Assembly: GCA_963840215.1 (NCBI GenBank)
Contig: CAWIYG010000006.1
Span: 158,932-222,931, forward strand
Source of the DNA: an uncultured Gemmatimonadales bacterium
GTDB lineage: Bacteria; Gemmatimonadota; Gemmatimonadetes; Gemmatimonadales; GWC2-71-9
DNA length: 64,000 bases
Direction of reading: 5' to 3'
Under the pieces are notes generated by a model. The model did not search any database, had not been told where the DNA came from, and worked only from the letters and a program-made list of their open reading frames with translations. Positions within the stretch are counted from its first letter, which is position 1. The number at the start of each line of letters is the position of its first letter. Positions 29,038-38,606 of this stretch are shown here, piece by piece. The translations under genes were made by a program, and so were the position numbers.

Positions 29038-31797
29038 ATGACACGCCTGCGCCGGTTCCGGCTCGCGGGAATCGCCGTGCTGCTTTCGGCGATGTCCGTG
29101 CGGTGCGGTGGCGAGAAGATCGGTCCGACCCCGGAGCCCGCGGCGATCGACATGGCCGGTGGCAACGGACAGGTCGCGCCGGTCAACGACCCGCTTCCCC
29201 AGCCGCTGGTCGTTGTCGTCACCGACGAATTCGGCGATCCCGTCGAAGGCGTGTCCGTGCAGTGGGACGCCCAGGGGACCGGCGACGTATCGCCGGCGAC
29301 GGTCGAGACCGACGTGGACGGCAGGGCCTCCGCCGCCCGGACGCTCGGCGGCACTCCCGGCCAGGAGACGACGACCGCCTCCGTCACCGGCCTCCAGGGC
29401 TCGCCCGTCACCTTCACCGCCACGGCAACCGACGGCCTCACGCCCACGCTCGCCATCACGACCCAGCCGTCGGCGGTGGCTCAGACCGGCATCGCGCTCG
29501 CCGTCCAGCCCGTGATCCAGCTCAAGGACGGCGCCGGCGCGGACGACGCGCAAAGCGGTGTCACCATCACCGCCGCGCTCACGGGCGACACCGGGACGCT
29601 CGAGGGCGACGTCACCCGCACGACCGGCGCGGGCGGCGCCGCCAGCTTCGACGACCTCGCCATCACCGGCGCCGACGGCGCCTACACGATCACCTTCACC
29701 GCCCCCGGCCACATCCAGGTCGTTTCGGCGCCGGTGACCCTGGGCACGCCGTCGCTCGCCATGAAGACGCAGCCCTCCGCCGACGCGGTGAGCGGCACCG
29801 CGCTCGACCAGCAGCCGACAGTGCAGCTGATCGACGGCATCGGTGCCGACGACGCCCGGAGCGGCGTGGTGGTCACGGCGGCCCTGGTGGGCTCCGCCGG
29901 GACGCTCGGCGGCGACCAGACGCGCTCGACCGACGCCTCCGGCGCCGCGACGTTCACCAACCTCGCCGTCACCGGCGAGCCCGGTGACTACACCATCCGG
30001 TTCACCGCGACGGGCTACTCGCAGGTCACCTCGTCTGCGATCGCGGTCACCGCCGCGCCCGCGACCATCGCGCTCACGAGCAACCCGCCCACGTCGGCCC
30101 TGACGGGCGAAGTGTGGGATCCGGACGTGCAGCCGGAGGTGCAGGTGAAGGACGGCACCGGCCAGCCCTCCGCCGGCGTCGAGGTCACGGCCAGCATCGC
30201 GTCGGGCGGGGGCACCCTGGACGGCACCGTCACTGCGACGACCACCGCCTCGGGCTTCGCGAAGTTCGGTGACCTCGGCATCACGGGCACCGGCAATCAG
30301 ACGCTCCGGTTCGCCATCGCGTCGGACACCGTGACGGCGGCGCCGGTCGATATCAACCCGCTCACGGCGGCGGCCACCGACGGCCAGTGGGGCCCGGTCG
30401 TGAACTGGGACATCGTGCCCCTGCACCTGAGCCTGCTGCCGAGCGGCTCGCTGCTCGGCTGGGGGAAATACGAACCCGGCGGCAGCGCCATGGGCATGCC
30501 GCGGCTGTGGGATCCGGCCAGCGGGTCGCCGTCGAACGCGACGATGATCGCGGTGGACACGATGCTGTTCTGCGCCGGGCATGCCTTCCTGCCCGATGGC
30601 CGCCTCATGATCTCCGGCGGCCACAAGGCCGACGGCGAAGGACTGGACATCACGACCATCTTCAACCCGGTCGGCGAGACGTTCATCCAGAGCCTGCCCA
30701 AGATGGCCTTCGGGCGCTGGTATCCCACCGTCACCGAGATGCCCGACGGCCGGATGCTCACCATGGCTGGCCAGGACTCCGCGGGCGTGGTGGTGACGAC
30801 GCCGGAGATCTGGGAGGGCAACCAGTGGGTCGAGCTGCCGGGGGCGGGCAGCCTCGAGATCCCGTACTATCCGCGCAACTTCATCGATCCGACGAACGGC
30901 CAGGTGTTCATGGCCGCGGAGCGCATCCGGTCGCGCTGGTTCGACCCGGACGGGTCGACGGCGACCGGACGCGGGCGCTGGATCAACGGTCCGTTCCACC
31001 TCTGGGCGAGGAATCGGGAGTACGGCTCGGCCGTCATGTACGACGCCGGACGCATCCTGGTCGTGGGCGGCGGCGGCGATATGGCATGGAGCACGCCCGA
31101 CGCCAAATCGAACGTGCCGACCGCGACGGCCGAAAAGATCAACCTCAACGCCGGCACGCCCGCGTGGTCGGACGCCGGCTCGATGGCCGCGCCTCGGCGG
31201 CATCTGAACGCCACGATCCTGCCCGACGGCCAGGTGCTCGTCACCGGCGGCACCAGCGGCGGCGGGTTCGTGAATCTCAGCCCGGCCAACGCCACCCGTG
31301 ACGCCGAGATCTGGAACCCGGCCACGAACCAGTGGACCACCCTTGCGGCCAGCAGCGTCGTCCGGACGTACCACTCCGTCTCGCTGCTCCTGCCCGACGG
31401 CACGGTCCTCCACGGCGCGAGCGGCAACGCGAACGTGGGCGCCGTGGCGATGGACGACGAGAACAGCCACGAGATCTTCTCGCCTCCGTACCTGTTCAAG
31501 GGCGCCCGCCCGACGATCACCAGCGCCCCGGCCAGCGTGAGCTACGGCCAGACCTTCAACGTCCCGACCCCGAACGCGGCGCAGGTGACCGACGTCCGCT
31601 GGATCCACATCGGCTCGGTCACCCACGCGTTCGACTTCGGCCAGCGGGCCAACACGCTGAACTTCACGATCACGGCCACCGGGGTGAGCGTCACGGCCCC
31701 GAACAACTCGAGGCTGGCGACGCCCGGGCACTACATGCTGTTCATCCTCAACCGAAATGGCGTGCCTTCCCGGGGCAGGATCATCCGGCTGCAGTAG
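29038..31797 (+). CDS. lipoprotein: Ig-like stalk (1 Big_1-like + 3 repeat modules) fused to a copper-radical-oxidase (galactose/glyoxal-oxidase-like) domain
   Basis: ORF 28999..31797. Start MTRLRRFRLAGIAVLLSAMSVRCGG (lipobox). Three approximately 100-aa repeats (QPVIQLKDGAGADDAQSGVTITAAL..., QPTVQLIDGIGADDARSGVVVTAAL..., PEVQVKDGTGQPSAGVEVTASI...). The C-terminal domain carries FCAGH, GRWYPT, RTYHS and SVTHAFDFGQR. Confidence 0.85.
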   Translation: MTRLRRFRLAGIAVLLSAMSVRCGGEKIGPTPEPAAIDMAGGNGQVAPVNDPLPQPLVVVVTDEFGDPVEGVSVQWDAQGTGDVSPATVETDVDGRASAARTLGGTPGQETTTASVTGLQGSPVTFTATATDGLTPTLAITTQPSAVAQTGIALAVQPVIQLKDGAGADDAQSGVTITAALTGDTGTLEGDVTRTTGAGGAASFDDLAITGADGAYTITFTAPGHIQVVSAPVTLGTPSLAMKTQPSADAVSGTALDQQPTVQLIDGIGADDARSGVVVTAALVGSAGTLGGDQTRSTDASGAATFTNLAVTGEPGDYTIRFTATGYSQVTSSAIAVTAAPATIALTSNPPTSALTGEVWDPDVQPEVQVKDGTGQPSAGVEVTASIASGGGTLDGTVTATTTASGFAKFGDLGITGTGNQTLRFAIASDTVTAAPVDINPLTAAATDGQWGPVVNWDIVPLHLSLLPSGSLLGWGKYEPGGSAMGMPRLWDPASGSPSNATMIAVDTMLFCAGHAFLPDGRLMISGGHKADGEGLDITTIFNPVGETFIQSLPKMAFGRWYPTVTEMPDGRMLTMAGQDSAGVVVTTPEIWEGNQWVELPGAGSLEIPYYPRNFIDPTNGQVFMAAERIRSRWFDPDGSTATGRGRWINGPFHLWARNREYGSAVMYDAGRILVVGGGGDMAWSTPDAKSNVPTATAEKINLNAGTPAWSDAGSMAAPRRHLNATILPDGQVLVTGGTSGGGFVNLSPANATRDAEIWNPATNQWTTLAASSVVRTYHSVSLLLPDGTVLHGASGNANVGAVAMDDENSHEIFSPPYLFKGARPTITSAPASVSYGQTFNVPTPNAAQVTDVRWIHIGSVTHAFDFGQRANTLNFTITATGVSVTAPNNSRLATPGHYMLFILNRNGVPSRGRIIRLQ

Positions 31798-32102
31798 CGG
31801 TTCCCTCAGCGCCTCTGGACCCGTCCTTCGCCGCCGTCCGTCCCACCCCTCCCAAAGTGATATGGATCGTAGTTTTCGTCCGGTCATTCGTTTACGATGC
31901 ATCCCAGCACCGATGGCAGCCTGCCGCTTGCCGGGCCGGCCCTGGGCGTCCGAGGCTGCGTTCCTAAGTATCATCGCTGCAATGATATAAGCTTGCCAGC
32001 ACGAACGTTTCACCGCGCGGAACGTGGTTCCGTGGTGAGGCGTCGTGCGGCCCCTATTCCCAAGGTGAGTGGTGGCCGGAGGTTCCGGCCCCCCGAGTGA
32101 TC

Positions 32103-34556
32103 ATGACGCGACTCAGAAAGCTGAATCTCGCGGCCCTTGCCGCCCTCCTGGCAACCGTCTCCCTCCAGTGTGGTGGGGAGGACATCGCCCAGCCGCCCGA
32201 CGCCACGGCCATCGAGATGGCCGGCGGCGACGGACAGACTGCCCCGGTCAGTGCCACCCTCCCGAATCCACTCGTGGTCGTGGTGACCGACGACGCCGGC
32301 GATCCGGTCTCGGGCGTCACGGTCCAGTGGAGCGCGCAGGGTGGGGGCGAAGTGACGCCCGAGAGCGTCGAGACCGGGTCCGACGGCACGGCCTCCGTGA
32401 CCCGGACGCTCGGCATCACCCCCGGCCAGCAGGCCACGGTGGCCACGGTATCGGGCCTCCGGGGCTCGCCCGTGACCTTCACCGCGACCGCCACCGACGG
32501 CTCGACCCCGACGCTGGCCATCAAGACGGCGCCATCGCTCGCCGCCCAGAACGGCGTTCCGCTGGCCGTGCAGCCGGTGATCCAGCTCAAGGACGGCGAC
32601 GGCGCCGACCTGGCGGAGGCCGGCGTGGCGGTCACGGCCGAGGTCAACAGCGGGACCGGGACGCTCGCCGGCACGCTCATCCGCAGCACTGACAACAGCG
32701 GCGCCGCCACGTTTACGGATCTGGCCCTGAGCGGCAGCGCCGGCGAGTTCACGCTCAAGTTCACCGCGCCGGGCTACGTCCAGGTCACCTCCGCCACCAT
32801 CACCCTGGGCGGCACCGCCGCCGGCATCGTCATCACGGTGAATCCGCCGACGGCCGCCCTCACCGGCGAGGTGTTCGATCCCGCGGCGCAGCCGGTGGTC
32901 CAGGTGAACGACGGAAGCGGTCAGCCCGTGTCGGGGGTCGACGTCACGGCCAGCGTGGCTTCCGGCGGCGGGACGCTCCAGGGAGCCACCACGGCCACGA
33001 CCGACGCCTCGGGTCTCGCCAGGTTCGGCGACCTCGGCATCGAGGGCACCGGTGCGCAGACGCTGGCCTTCGCGGCGGGCGCGAGCAGCGTCACCTCGTC
33101 GCCGGTGAACCTGTCGGCGCTCTCCACCGAGGCCACGCAGGGCAAGTGGGGCCCGGTCGTGAACTGGGACATCGTGCCCCTGCACCTGAGCCTGCTGCCC
33201 ACCGGGAAGCTGCTGGGGTGGGGCAAGTTCGAGCCGGGCGGCACGATGATGGGTATGCCCCGGCTCTGGGATCCCGCGAGCGGCCCGCCGACCAGCGCGC
33301 GCGAGATCGCGGTGGACACCATGCTGTTCTGCGCCGGGCACGCGTTCCTGCCCGACGGCCGCCTCCTGATCTCCGGCGGACACAAGGAGGACAACGAGGG
33401 CATCGACGTCACCAATATCTTCGACCCGGCCAGCGAGACCTTCGTGGCGGGCCTGCCCAAGATGGCCTTCGGGCGCTGGTATCCCACCGTCACCGAGATG
33501 CCCGACGGGCGCGTGGTCACCATGGCCGGCCGGGATTCGGCCGGCAGGGTGGTGACGACTCCGGAGATCTGGGAGAACAACCAGTGGGTCCAGCTGCCAG
33601 GCGCCGGGTCGCTGGATATCCCCTACTACCCGCGCAACTTCATCGACCCGACGAACGGGCAGATCTTCATGGCCGCGGAGCGGATCCAGTCTCGCTGGTT
33701 CGACCCCGACGGGTCGGCGGCGGGCGGGCGCGGGAAGTGGACCAGCGGGCCGAGCCATATCTGGAAGTTCAACCGCGATTACGGCACCGCCGCGATGTAC
33801 GAGCCGGGGAAGATCCTGGTCGTGGGCGGCGGCGGCGACCCCGGCTGGGGCTCTCCCGACGCCAAGTCGCCGACGCCGACGGCCACGGCCGAGAAGATCG
33901 ATCTGACCGCCGGCTCGCCCAGCTGGCAGAATGCCGGTTCGATCTCGGCCCCGCGCCGGCACCTCAACGCCACGATCCTGCCGGATGGCCAGGTGCTCGT
34001 CACCGGCGGCACCCGTGGGGCCGGCTTCGTCAACATCGACCCGTCGCTGGCCACGAAGGCCGCGGAGGAGTGGAACCCGGCGACCAACGAGTGGACCACG
34101 CTGGCCGCGAACAGCAAGATGCGGGTCTATCACTCGGTGTCGATGCTGCTCCCCGACGGCACGGTGCTGCACGGCGCCAGCGGCAACGCGATGGCGATCA
34201 GCGTGCCCGTGCCCGACGAGCCCAACCACGAGATCTTCTCGCCGCCGTACCTGTTCAAGGGCGCCCGCCCGACGATCGGGAGTGCGCCGCCGAGCGCGGG
34301 CTATGGCCAGACGTTCACCGTCGCCACCCCGAACGCCGCGCAGGTGACCGAGGTGCGCTGGATTCACCTCGGCACGGTGACCCATGCGTTCGACTTCGGC
34401 CAGCGCGCCAACAAGCTGGCCTTCACTCGCACCACCACCGGCGTGAGCGTGACGGCACCAAGCGGCCCCAACCTCGCACCGCCGGGGCACTACATGCTCT
34501 TCATCCTCAACCGGAACGGCGTGCCGTCGACGGGCAAGATCATCCGGCTCCAGTAG
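32103..34556 (+). CDS. paralogous lipoprotein: Ig-like stalk (1 + 2 modules) fused to a copper-radical-oxidase domain
   Basis: ORF 32097..34556. Start MTRLRKLNLAALAALLATVSLQCGG. Same architecture as the upstream gene minus one stalk module. Motifs FCAGH, GRWYPT, RVYHS and TVTHAFDFGQR are conserved. 55- and 57-nt blocks are identical to gene 1. Confidence 0.85.
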   Translation: MTRLRKLNLAALAALLATVSLQCGGEDIAQPPDATAIEMAGGDGQTAPVSATLPNPLVVVVTDDAGDPVSGVTVQWSAQGGGEVTPESVETGSDGTASVTRTLGITPGQQATVATVSGLRGSPVTFTATATDGSTPTLAIKTAPSLAAQNGVPLAVQPVIQLKDGDGADLAEAGVAVTAEVNSGTGTLAGTLIRSTDNSGAATFTDLALSGSAGEFTLKFTAPGYVQVTSATITLGGTAAGIVITVNPPTAALTGEVFDPAAQPVVQVNDGSGQPVSGVDVTASVASGGGTLQGATTATTDASGLARFGDLGIEGTGAQTLAFAAGASSVTSSPVNLSALSTEATQGKWGPVVNWDIVPLHLSLLPTGKLLGWGKFEPGGTMMGMPRLWDPASGPPTSAREIAVDTMLFCAGHAFLPDGRLLISGGHKEDNEGIDVTNIFDPASETFVAGLPKMAFGRWYPTVTEMPDGRVVTMAGRDSAGRVVTTPEIWENNQWVQLPGAGSLDIPYYPRNFIDPTNGQIFMAAERIQSRWFDPDGSAAGGRGKWTSGPSHIWKFNRDYGTAAMYEPGKILVVGGGGDPGWGSPDAKSPTPTATAEKIDLTAGSPSWQNAGSISAPRRHLNATILPDGQVLVTGGTRGAGFVNIDPSLATKAAEEWNPATNEWTTLAANSKMRVYHSVSMLLPDGTVLHGASGNAMAISVPVPDEPNHEIFSPPYLFKGARPTIGSAPPSAGYGQTFTVATPNAAQVTEVRWIHLGTVTHAFDFGQRANKLAFTRTTTGVSVTAPSGPNLAPPGHYMLFILNRNGVPSTGKIIRLQ

Positions 34557-34614
34557 CCATCTGGCGGGCATACTCGTCACCTGGCTGGCGTACGCGTCAC
34601 CCTGAGCGAAGCGA

Positions 34615-34642
34615 AGGGGCCATGATTCGAATCATGGCCCCT
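34615..34642. repeat. 28-bp perfect palindrome AGGGGCCATGATTC/GAATCATGGCCCCT preceded by GTCACCCTGAGCGAAGCGAAGGGG (REP-like element)
   Basis: Read directly at 34615-34642, about 60 nt after the stop at 34556. An A-run follows (34651-34656). The GAGCGAAGCGAAGGGG leader resembles the left arm of the other GGGGCATG hairpins. Confidence 0.7.
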
Positions 34643-34790
34643 CTTCGTTGAAAAAATGTGGTCCCCGTCGCAGTCCGCACTCGCCCGAAGCGCTAGCCTG
34701 CATCGGGCTGGAGCCATCGCGGCTCCCGCCATCATCCATATTCCCGGCGCAGGCCGCTGCTCGCCGCGCCGTCACTCATAGGAGGCAGCC

Positions 34791-35015
34791 ATGTTCGGAT
34801 TGGGCAAGCGGAGCACCCGCAGCGGCTTAGGCCGTGGCGGGGTGTTCTCGGGCGGCGGCCTGCGCCGCGCGGCGATCGCGGGGCTGGGCATGCTGGCGTA
34901 CCGCTGGTGGCGGAATCGGCACGCGGGGAGCACACCGGCCACCGGCAACTGGCAGGGTGCCGGCGAGCCAGCGGCAGGGAACACGCAGCGGACCGGCAGC
35001 GGAGAGGTCTGGTAG
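34791..35015 (+). CDS. small Gly/Arg-rich hypothetical protein (74 aa)
   Basis: ORF 34791..35015 with AGGAGG 7 nt upstream of the ATG, bracketed by hairpins at 34615-34642 and 35035-35068. One hydrophobic stretch (AAIAGLGMLAYRWW). Coding status is uncertain. Confidence 0.4.
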   Translation: MFGLGKRSTRSGLGRGGVFSGGGLRRAAIAGLGMLAYRWWRNRHAGSTPATGNWQGAGEPAAGNTQRTGSGEVW

Positions 35016-35034
35016 GCCACTTCGTCCTGCGATG

Positions 35035-35071
35035 GGAAGGGGGCATGCGCCAAGGCATGCCCCTTTCCTTT
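35035..35071. terminator. hairpin GGAAGGGGGCATGC / GCATGCCCCTTTCC with flanking T-runs; likely bidirectional terminator
   Basis: 14-bp stem (one G-U) at 35035-35048 and 35055-35068, followed by TTT. Sits between convergent stops at 35015 (plus) and 35075 (minus). Confidence 0.6.
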
Positions 35072-35074
35072 GGC

Positions 35075-36553
35075 TCAGTGCGACTCGGCCGGCGCGCTCC
35101 CGATCGCTGCCCCGAGGCTCTCCGGCCCGACCAGCTGCTCCGGTCGCAGATCGAGCACCAGCTCGCCCTGTCCCGACGCCACGGCGCGCACCAGCAGCGC
35201 GGCGGGGGCGGCCCGGACGCTCAGCACCCGCCCGGACCGGACGTCCATCCGCAGGTGCACGCCCTCGGCCAGGTCGCGATTGAGGTTCCGCTCGAGCAGG
35301 TCGCGCCCGTCGGCCAGTGTCGGGCCGAGCTTGATCCGCACCTTGGTGCGCAGGAACTCTTCCACCGGCCCGGTCGCGAGCCAGGCGAGCGTCCCGGTCA
35401 TCAGGTCGCGCGTCCCCACGTCGTACTCCAGGTCCGGCATGTAGAGTTCGGCGGTGGCGGTGTCGTAGGCGGGGTGCCCCACCGCGTAGAGGACACCGCG
35501 CACGGAGCCGTGCACGGCGAGGCCGACCGCCACCCGGCCGTCGCCCACGCCGATCAGGTGGAGGCTATCCAGCACGAGCCGCTGGCGGGCCACCCGGATG
35601 CGGGTGCCGCGCAGCTCCTTGGTCAGGATGCTGCTGGCCACGTCGTACGGCAGGCGCCCCTCGGTCAGGAGATGCATCACCGGGGGCCGCGAGGTCGAGT
35701 CCTGCGGCGCCGGCATCGGCGTCGGCGCCACCTCGGGCCGCGGGCCGCCGACTACGCGAGGGTTGGCCGAGAGACCGACAGTGGTGACGAGCGTGTCGCC
35801 CTGCATCCGGAGCATCCCCAGCCGGACGGTGGCGGGATTGATCACGAGCCACAGGCTGTCGGTGAGCTTGAGCGGCGAGCTCAGCACGGTCCACAGGCGG
35901 CGAGACTCGTCGGGCAGATCGAACGCGGCGATCCGCGCGTCGAGCGTGGTGAGCCGCTGCTGCAGCGCCGCCTGGGCCGCGCCCATCACCTTGTCGGTGA
36001 TGTCCACCTTGAGAAACGTGACCTTGCAGCGATCGCGCTCCGGGTTCGAGAGCGGTGCCATGATCGCTCGGGTGCGCGGCCGGAGGGTCCAGCCGCTGGT
36101 GAGCTGCACGGTCGTCGCCACGGTGAGGCGGGCGCGTGGCGGGGTCTCGTCGTCGTCGCAGGAGGCGCTGATCTCGGGCAGCACCGGCGGGTTGTACCAT
36201 GCCCGGACGCGGTAGCGCATCTCGGCCTGGAGCACGGCCGTGCGGCCGTCCACCTGGAGCCGGAACGGCGTCCGGTGCACCGCGTAGGCGTAGTGCATGC
36301 GCGACTTGCCGGGTACCGCCTGGCGGTCCTCGAGATCGCCGAAGCGAACGGGGACCTCGGACTCGAGCCAGCGCATCGCCGGCGCGAGGTCGTATCGCAC
36401 GGGCACGTCGAGGTACGAGGTGGGCACCGGAGGCAGGCTGTCGACCCACACGCCGCTCGCCGTCGGAACGGGCGGAGCAACCTTCTCCCCGCGGCAGGCG
36501 CCGGTGGCCAGGAGCAGGCCGAGGGCGCATCGCTGCAGCATCGATGTGGCCAT
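35075..36553 (-). CDS. DUF4403-like lipoprotein
   Basis: ORF 35075..36772. Start MATSMLQRCALGLLLATGACRG (lipobox) at 36553. 492 aa of non-repetitive sequence. Family assignment is from memory only. Confidence 0.7.
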   Translation of the reverse strand: MATSMLQRCALGLLLATGACRGEKVAPPVPTASGVWVDSLPPVPTSYLDVPVRYDLAPAMRWLESEVPVRFGDLEDRQAVPGKSRMHYAYAVHRTPFRLQVDGRTAVLQAEMRYRVRAWYNPPVLPEISASCDDDETPPRARLTVATTVQLTSGWTLRPRTRAIMAPLSNPERDRCKVTFLKVDITDKVMGAAQAALQQRLTTLDARIAAFDLPDESRRLWTVLSSPLKLTDSLWLVINPATVRLGMLRMQGDTLVTTVGLSANPRVVGGPRPEVAPTPMPAPQDSTSRPPVMHLLTEGRLPYDVASSILTKELRGTRIRVARQRLVLDSLHLIGVGDGRVAVGLAVHGSVRGVLYAVGHPAYDTATAELYMPDLEYDVGTRDLMTGTLAWLATGPVEEFLRTKVRIKLGPTLADGRDLLERNLNRDLAEGVHLRMDVRSGRVLSVRAAPAALLVRAVASGQGELVLDLRPEQLVGPESLGAAIGSAPAESH

Positions 36554-36812
36554 GCGCGCTCCGTGGGTGGGCGGCCAACTGCCATGGTGGTAAGGGACTA
36601 GATGCAACATGCCCGCGGAGGACCGCTTGCGGCCATGACCGGCGTCACGCGGGGAGCGTGGCTCGGCTCCGGGTGGAGGGGACCGCACGCTGCTGCGCCC
36701 TGCGAGGCCCGGGCGGGCATTGGGCGAGTGCGGGTGGCCGACACTATCTTGACCCATAGAGAGCTCGAGCAACGCCCAGTGCCAAAAAGCGAACTATCCG
36801 AGGAGCACGCGC

Positions 36813-37772
36813 ATGATCCGACCACATTGGACACTCGCGGCACTGACCCTCGCCGCTGCCTGCGGCCGCGGCGACCGCCCCGCCCCCGGCGCCGACTCGG
36901 CCGCCGTCGCGACCGCCGATACCGTCGCCGCGGCCAGCGGCCCCAGTCGCGTCGAAGGGTTCGAGGGACCCGAGTCCGTCAGGTACGATCCGGATCTCGA
37001 CGTCTGGTACGTCTCCAACGTCAACGGCACGCCGGTCGCCAAGGACGGCAACGGCTACCTCTCGCGCCTGAAGAGTGATGGCACGGTCGATTCGCTCAAG
37101 TGGATCGTGAGCGGCGCGAACGGCGTGACACTCGACGCGCCCAAGGGGCTCGCCCTGCAGGGCGACACGCTCTGGGTGGCCGACATCACCAACGTGCGCG
37201 GGTTCAACCGCCGCACCGGCGCGCCGGTGGCCAGCATCGCGGTCAAGGGTTCGAAGTTCCTGAACGACATCGCCGTCGGTCCCGACGCCCTGTACCTGAC
37301 CGACAGCGGTTTCGAGGGCGGCGCCAAGGGGCTCGAGCACACCGGTCCCGACCGGATCTACCGCATCGGGCCCGATCGCCGCGTGAGTGTCGCGCTCCAG
37401 TCGGACAGCCTCACCGGGCCGAACGGCATCGCGTGGGATGCCGCCGGGAATCGGTTCATCGTCGTGCCCTTCGCCGGCAACGTCGTCCGCGCCTGGTCGC
37501 CCGGCAGCAAGGCTACGGTCGCGCTCGGGACCGCCAAGGGGCAGCTCGACGGCGTCGAGCTGCTCGGCGGCAACCGCCTGCTCCTCACCAGCTGGACCGA
37601 CTCCAGCCTGTTCGTGTTCGAGAACGGGACCACCACGCCCGTGGCCAACGGGCTTCCATCGCCCGCCGACATCGGCGTCGACCTCAAGCGCCAGCGCGTC
37701 GCCGTGCCGCTCCTGCTCGAGAACCGGGTCGAATTCCGCGCCCTGCCGGCCGCCGGCACGGCTCAGCCCTGA
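36813..37772 (+). CDS. six-bladed beta-propeller lipoprotein (SMP-30/gluconolactonase/LRE-like)
   Basis: ORF 36813..37772. Start MIRPHWTLAALTLAAACG (lipobox). Repeated blade text (PESVRYDPDLDVWYVSN, PKGLALQGDTLWVAD, LNDIAVGPDALYLTD, PNGIAWDAAGNRFIVV, LDGVELLGGNRLLLTS, PADIGVDLKRQRVAVP). Confidence 0.7.
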   Translation: MIRPHWTLAALTLAAACGRGDRPAPGADSAAVATADTVAAASGPSRVEGFEGPESVRYDPDLDVWYVSNVNGTPVAKDGNGYLSRLKSDGTVDSLKWIVSGANGVTLDAPKGLALQGDTLWVADITNVRGFNRRTGAPVASIAVKGSKFLNDIAVGPDALYLTDSGFEGGAKGLEHTGPDRIYRIGPDRRVSVALQSDSLTGPNGIAWDAAGNRFIVVPFAGNVVRAWSPGSKATVALGTAKGQLDGVELLGGNRLLLTSWTDSSLFVFENGTTTPVANGLPSPADIGVDLKRQRVAVPLLLENRVEFRALPAAGTAQP

Positions 37773-37781
37773 GGGGACGCC

Positions 37782-38606
37782 ATGACCAATCTGCCTGACC
37801 GCGCCCGCGGCGCCGCCACCTATGCCGCTGTCTTCGGCCTCGCTCTCGCGCTCGGCGCGGGCGGTGCCTGGATGGCGCGCGGCCCCGGACGCGACCCCGT
37901 CCAGCGGGACGCCGTCACCACCCACGGCGAGTGGGTCAAGATTCCGAGCGGGCGGGAGACCGTTCGCGCCTACGTGGCCTATCCCGAGCGGAAGACCAAG
38001 GCCCCGGCCGTGATCGTGATCCACGAGATCTTCGGGCTCACCGACTGGGAGCCCACCGTCGCGGACAGGCTCGCCAAGGAGGGCTTCGTCGCCGTCGTGC
38101 CGGACCTGCTCTCCAGCAAGCACGGGACGAGCCCCACCGATCCCGACTCGGGCCGGAAGCTCATCGGCGAGCTCGAGCCGGACCGGATCACCGCGGACCT
38201 CGATGCGACCTTTGCCTGGCTCAACGGGCTTCCGTCGGTCATGAAGGACCATATCGGCACGATCGGGTTCTGCTGGGGCGGCGGGCAGAGCTTCCGCTAT
38301 GCCACCAACAACCCCAACCTCCGCGCCGCCGTGGTGTGCTACGGCCCGGCGCCCGACTCCGCGTCCATTCGCCGGATCAAGGCGCCGGTCCTGGGGATCT
38401 ACGGCGAGAACGACGCGCGCATCAACGGCGCCCTCCCCGGTGTCGTGGCCGAGATGCAGTCGGCCGGGAAGACGTTCACGCAGGAGGTCTATCCGGGAAC
38501 CGGCCACGGCTTCCTCAAGCCCGGCCGGGAGGGCTCCGACGGCCCCCAGCCGGCCAAGGCGTGGGCCCGGATCTTCGAGTTCTACCGCGCGCGGCTCGGC
38601 AAGTGA
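37782..38606 (+). CDS. dienelactone-hydrolase-family protein with N-terminal anchor/signal
   Basis: ORF 37782..38606. Motifs APAVIVIHEIFGL, the nucleophile motif IGFCWGGG, and GTGHGF. Confidence 0.85.
   Translation: MTNLPDRARGAATYAAVFGLALALGAGGAWMARGPGRDPVQRDAVTTHGEWVKIPSGRETVRAYVAYPERKTKAPAVIVIHEIFGLTDWEPTVADRLAKEGFVAVVPDLLSSKHGTSPTDPDSGRKLIGELEPDRITADLDATFAWLNGLPSVMKDHIGTIGFCWGGGQSFRYATNNPNLRAAVVCYGPAPDSASIRRIKAPVLGIYGENDARINGALPGVVAEMQSAGKTFTQEVYPGTGHGFLKPGREGSDGPQPAKAWARIFEFYRARLGK

Noticed and set aside
31798-32102. Possible small gene or mobile-element scar in the 300-nt spacer between the oxidase paralogs
   Set aside because: There is no ORF with a ribosome-binding site or sensible composition and no terminal inverted repeats. 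Only the short TATCAT-N7-ATGATA palindrome and the shared TGCAAT motif are present, which fit promoter/operator sequence.
27502-34580. Very long minus-strand ORFs (27502..32013, 1503 aa; 32010..34580, 856 aa) opposite the oxidase genes
   Set aside because: Their composition is Arg/Gly/Ala/Pro/Asp-rich junk with no recognisable motifs. They are the antisense shadow of plus-strand genes that have clear domain structure, lipoboxes and catalytic motifs. Stop codons are simply rare at this GC content.
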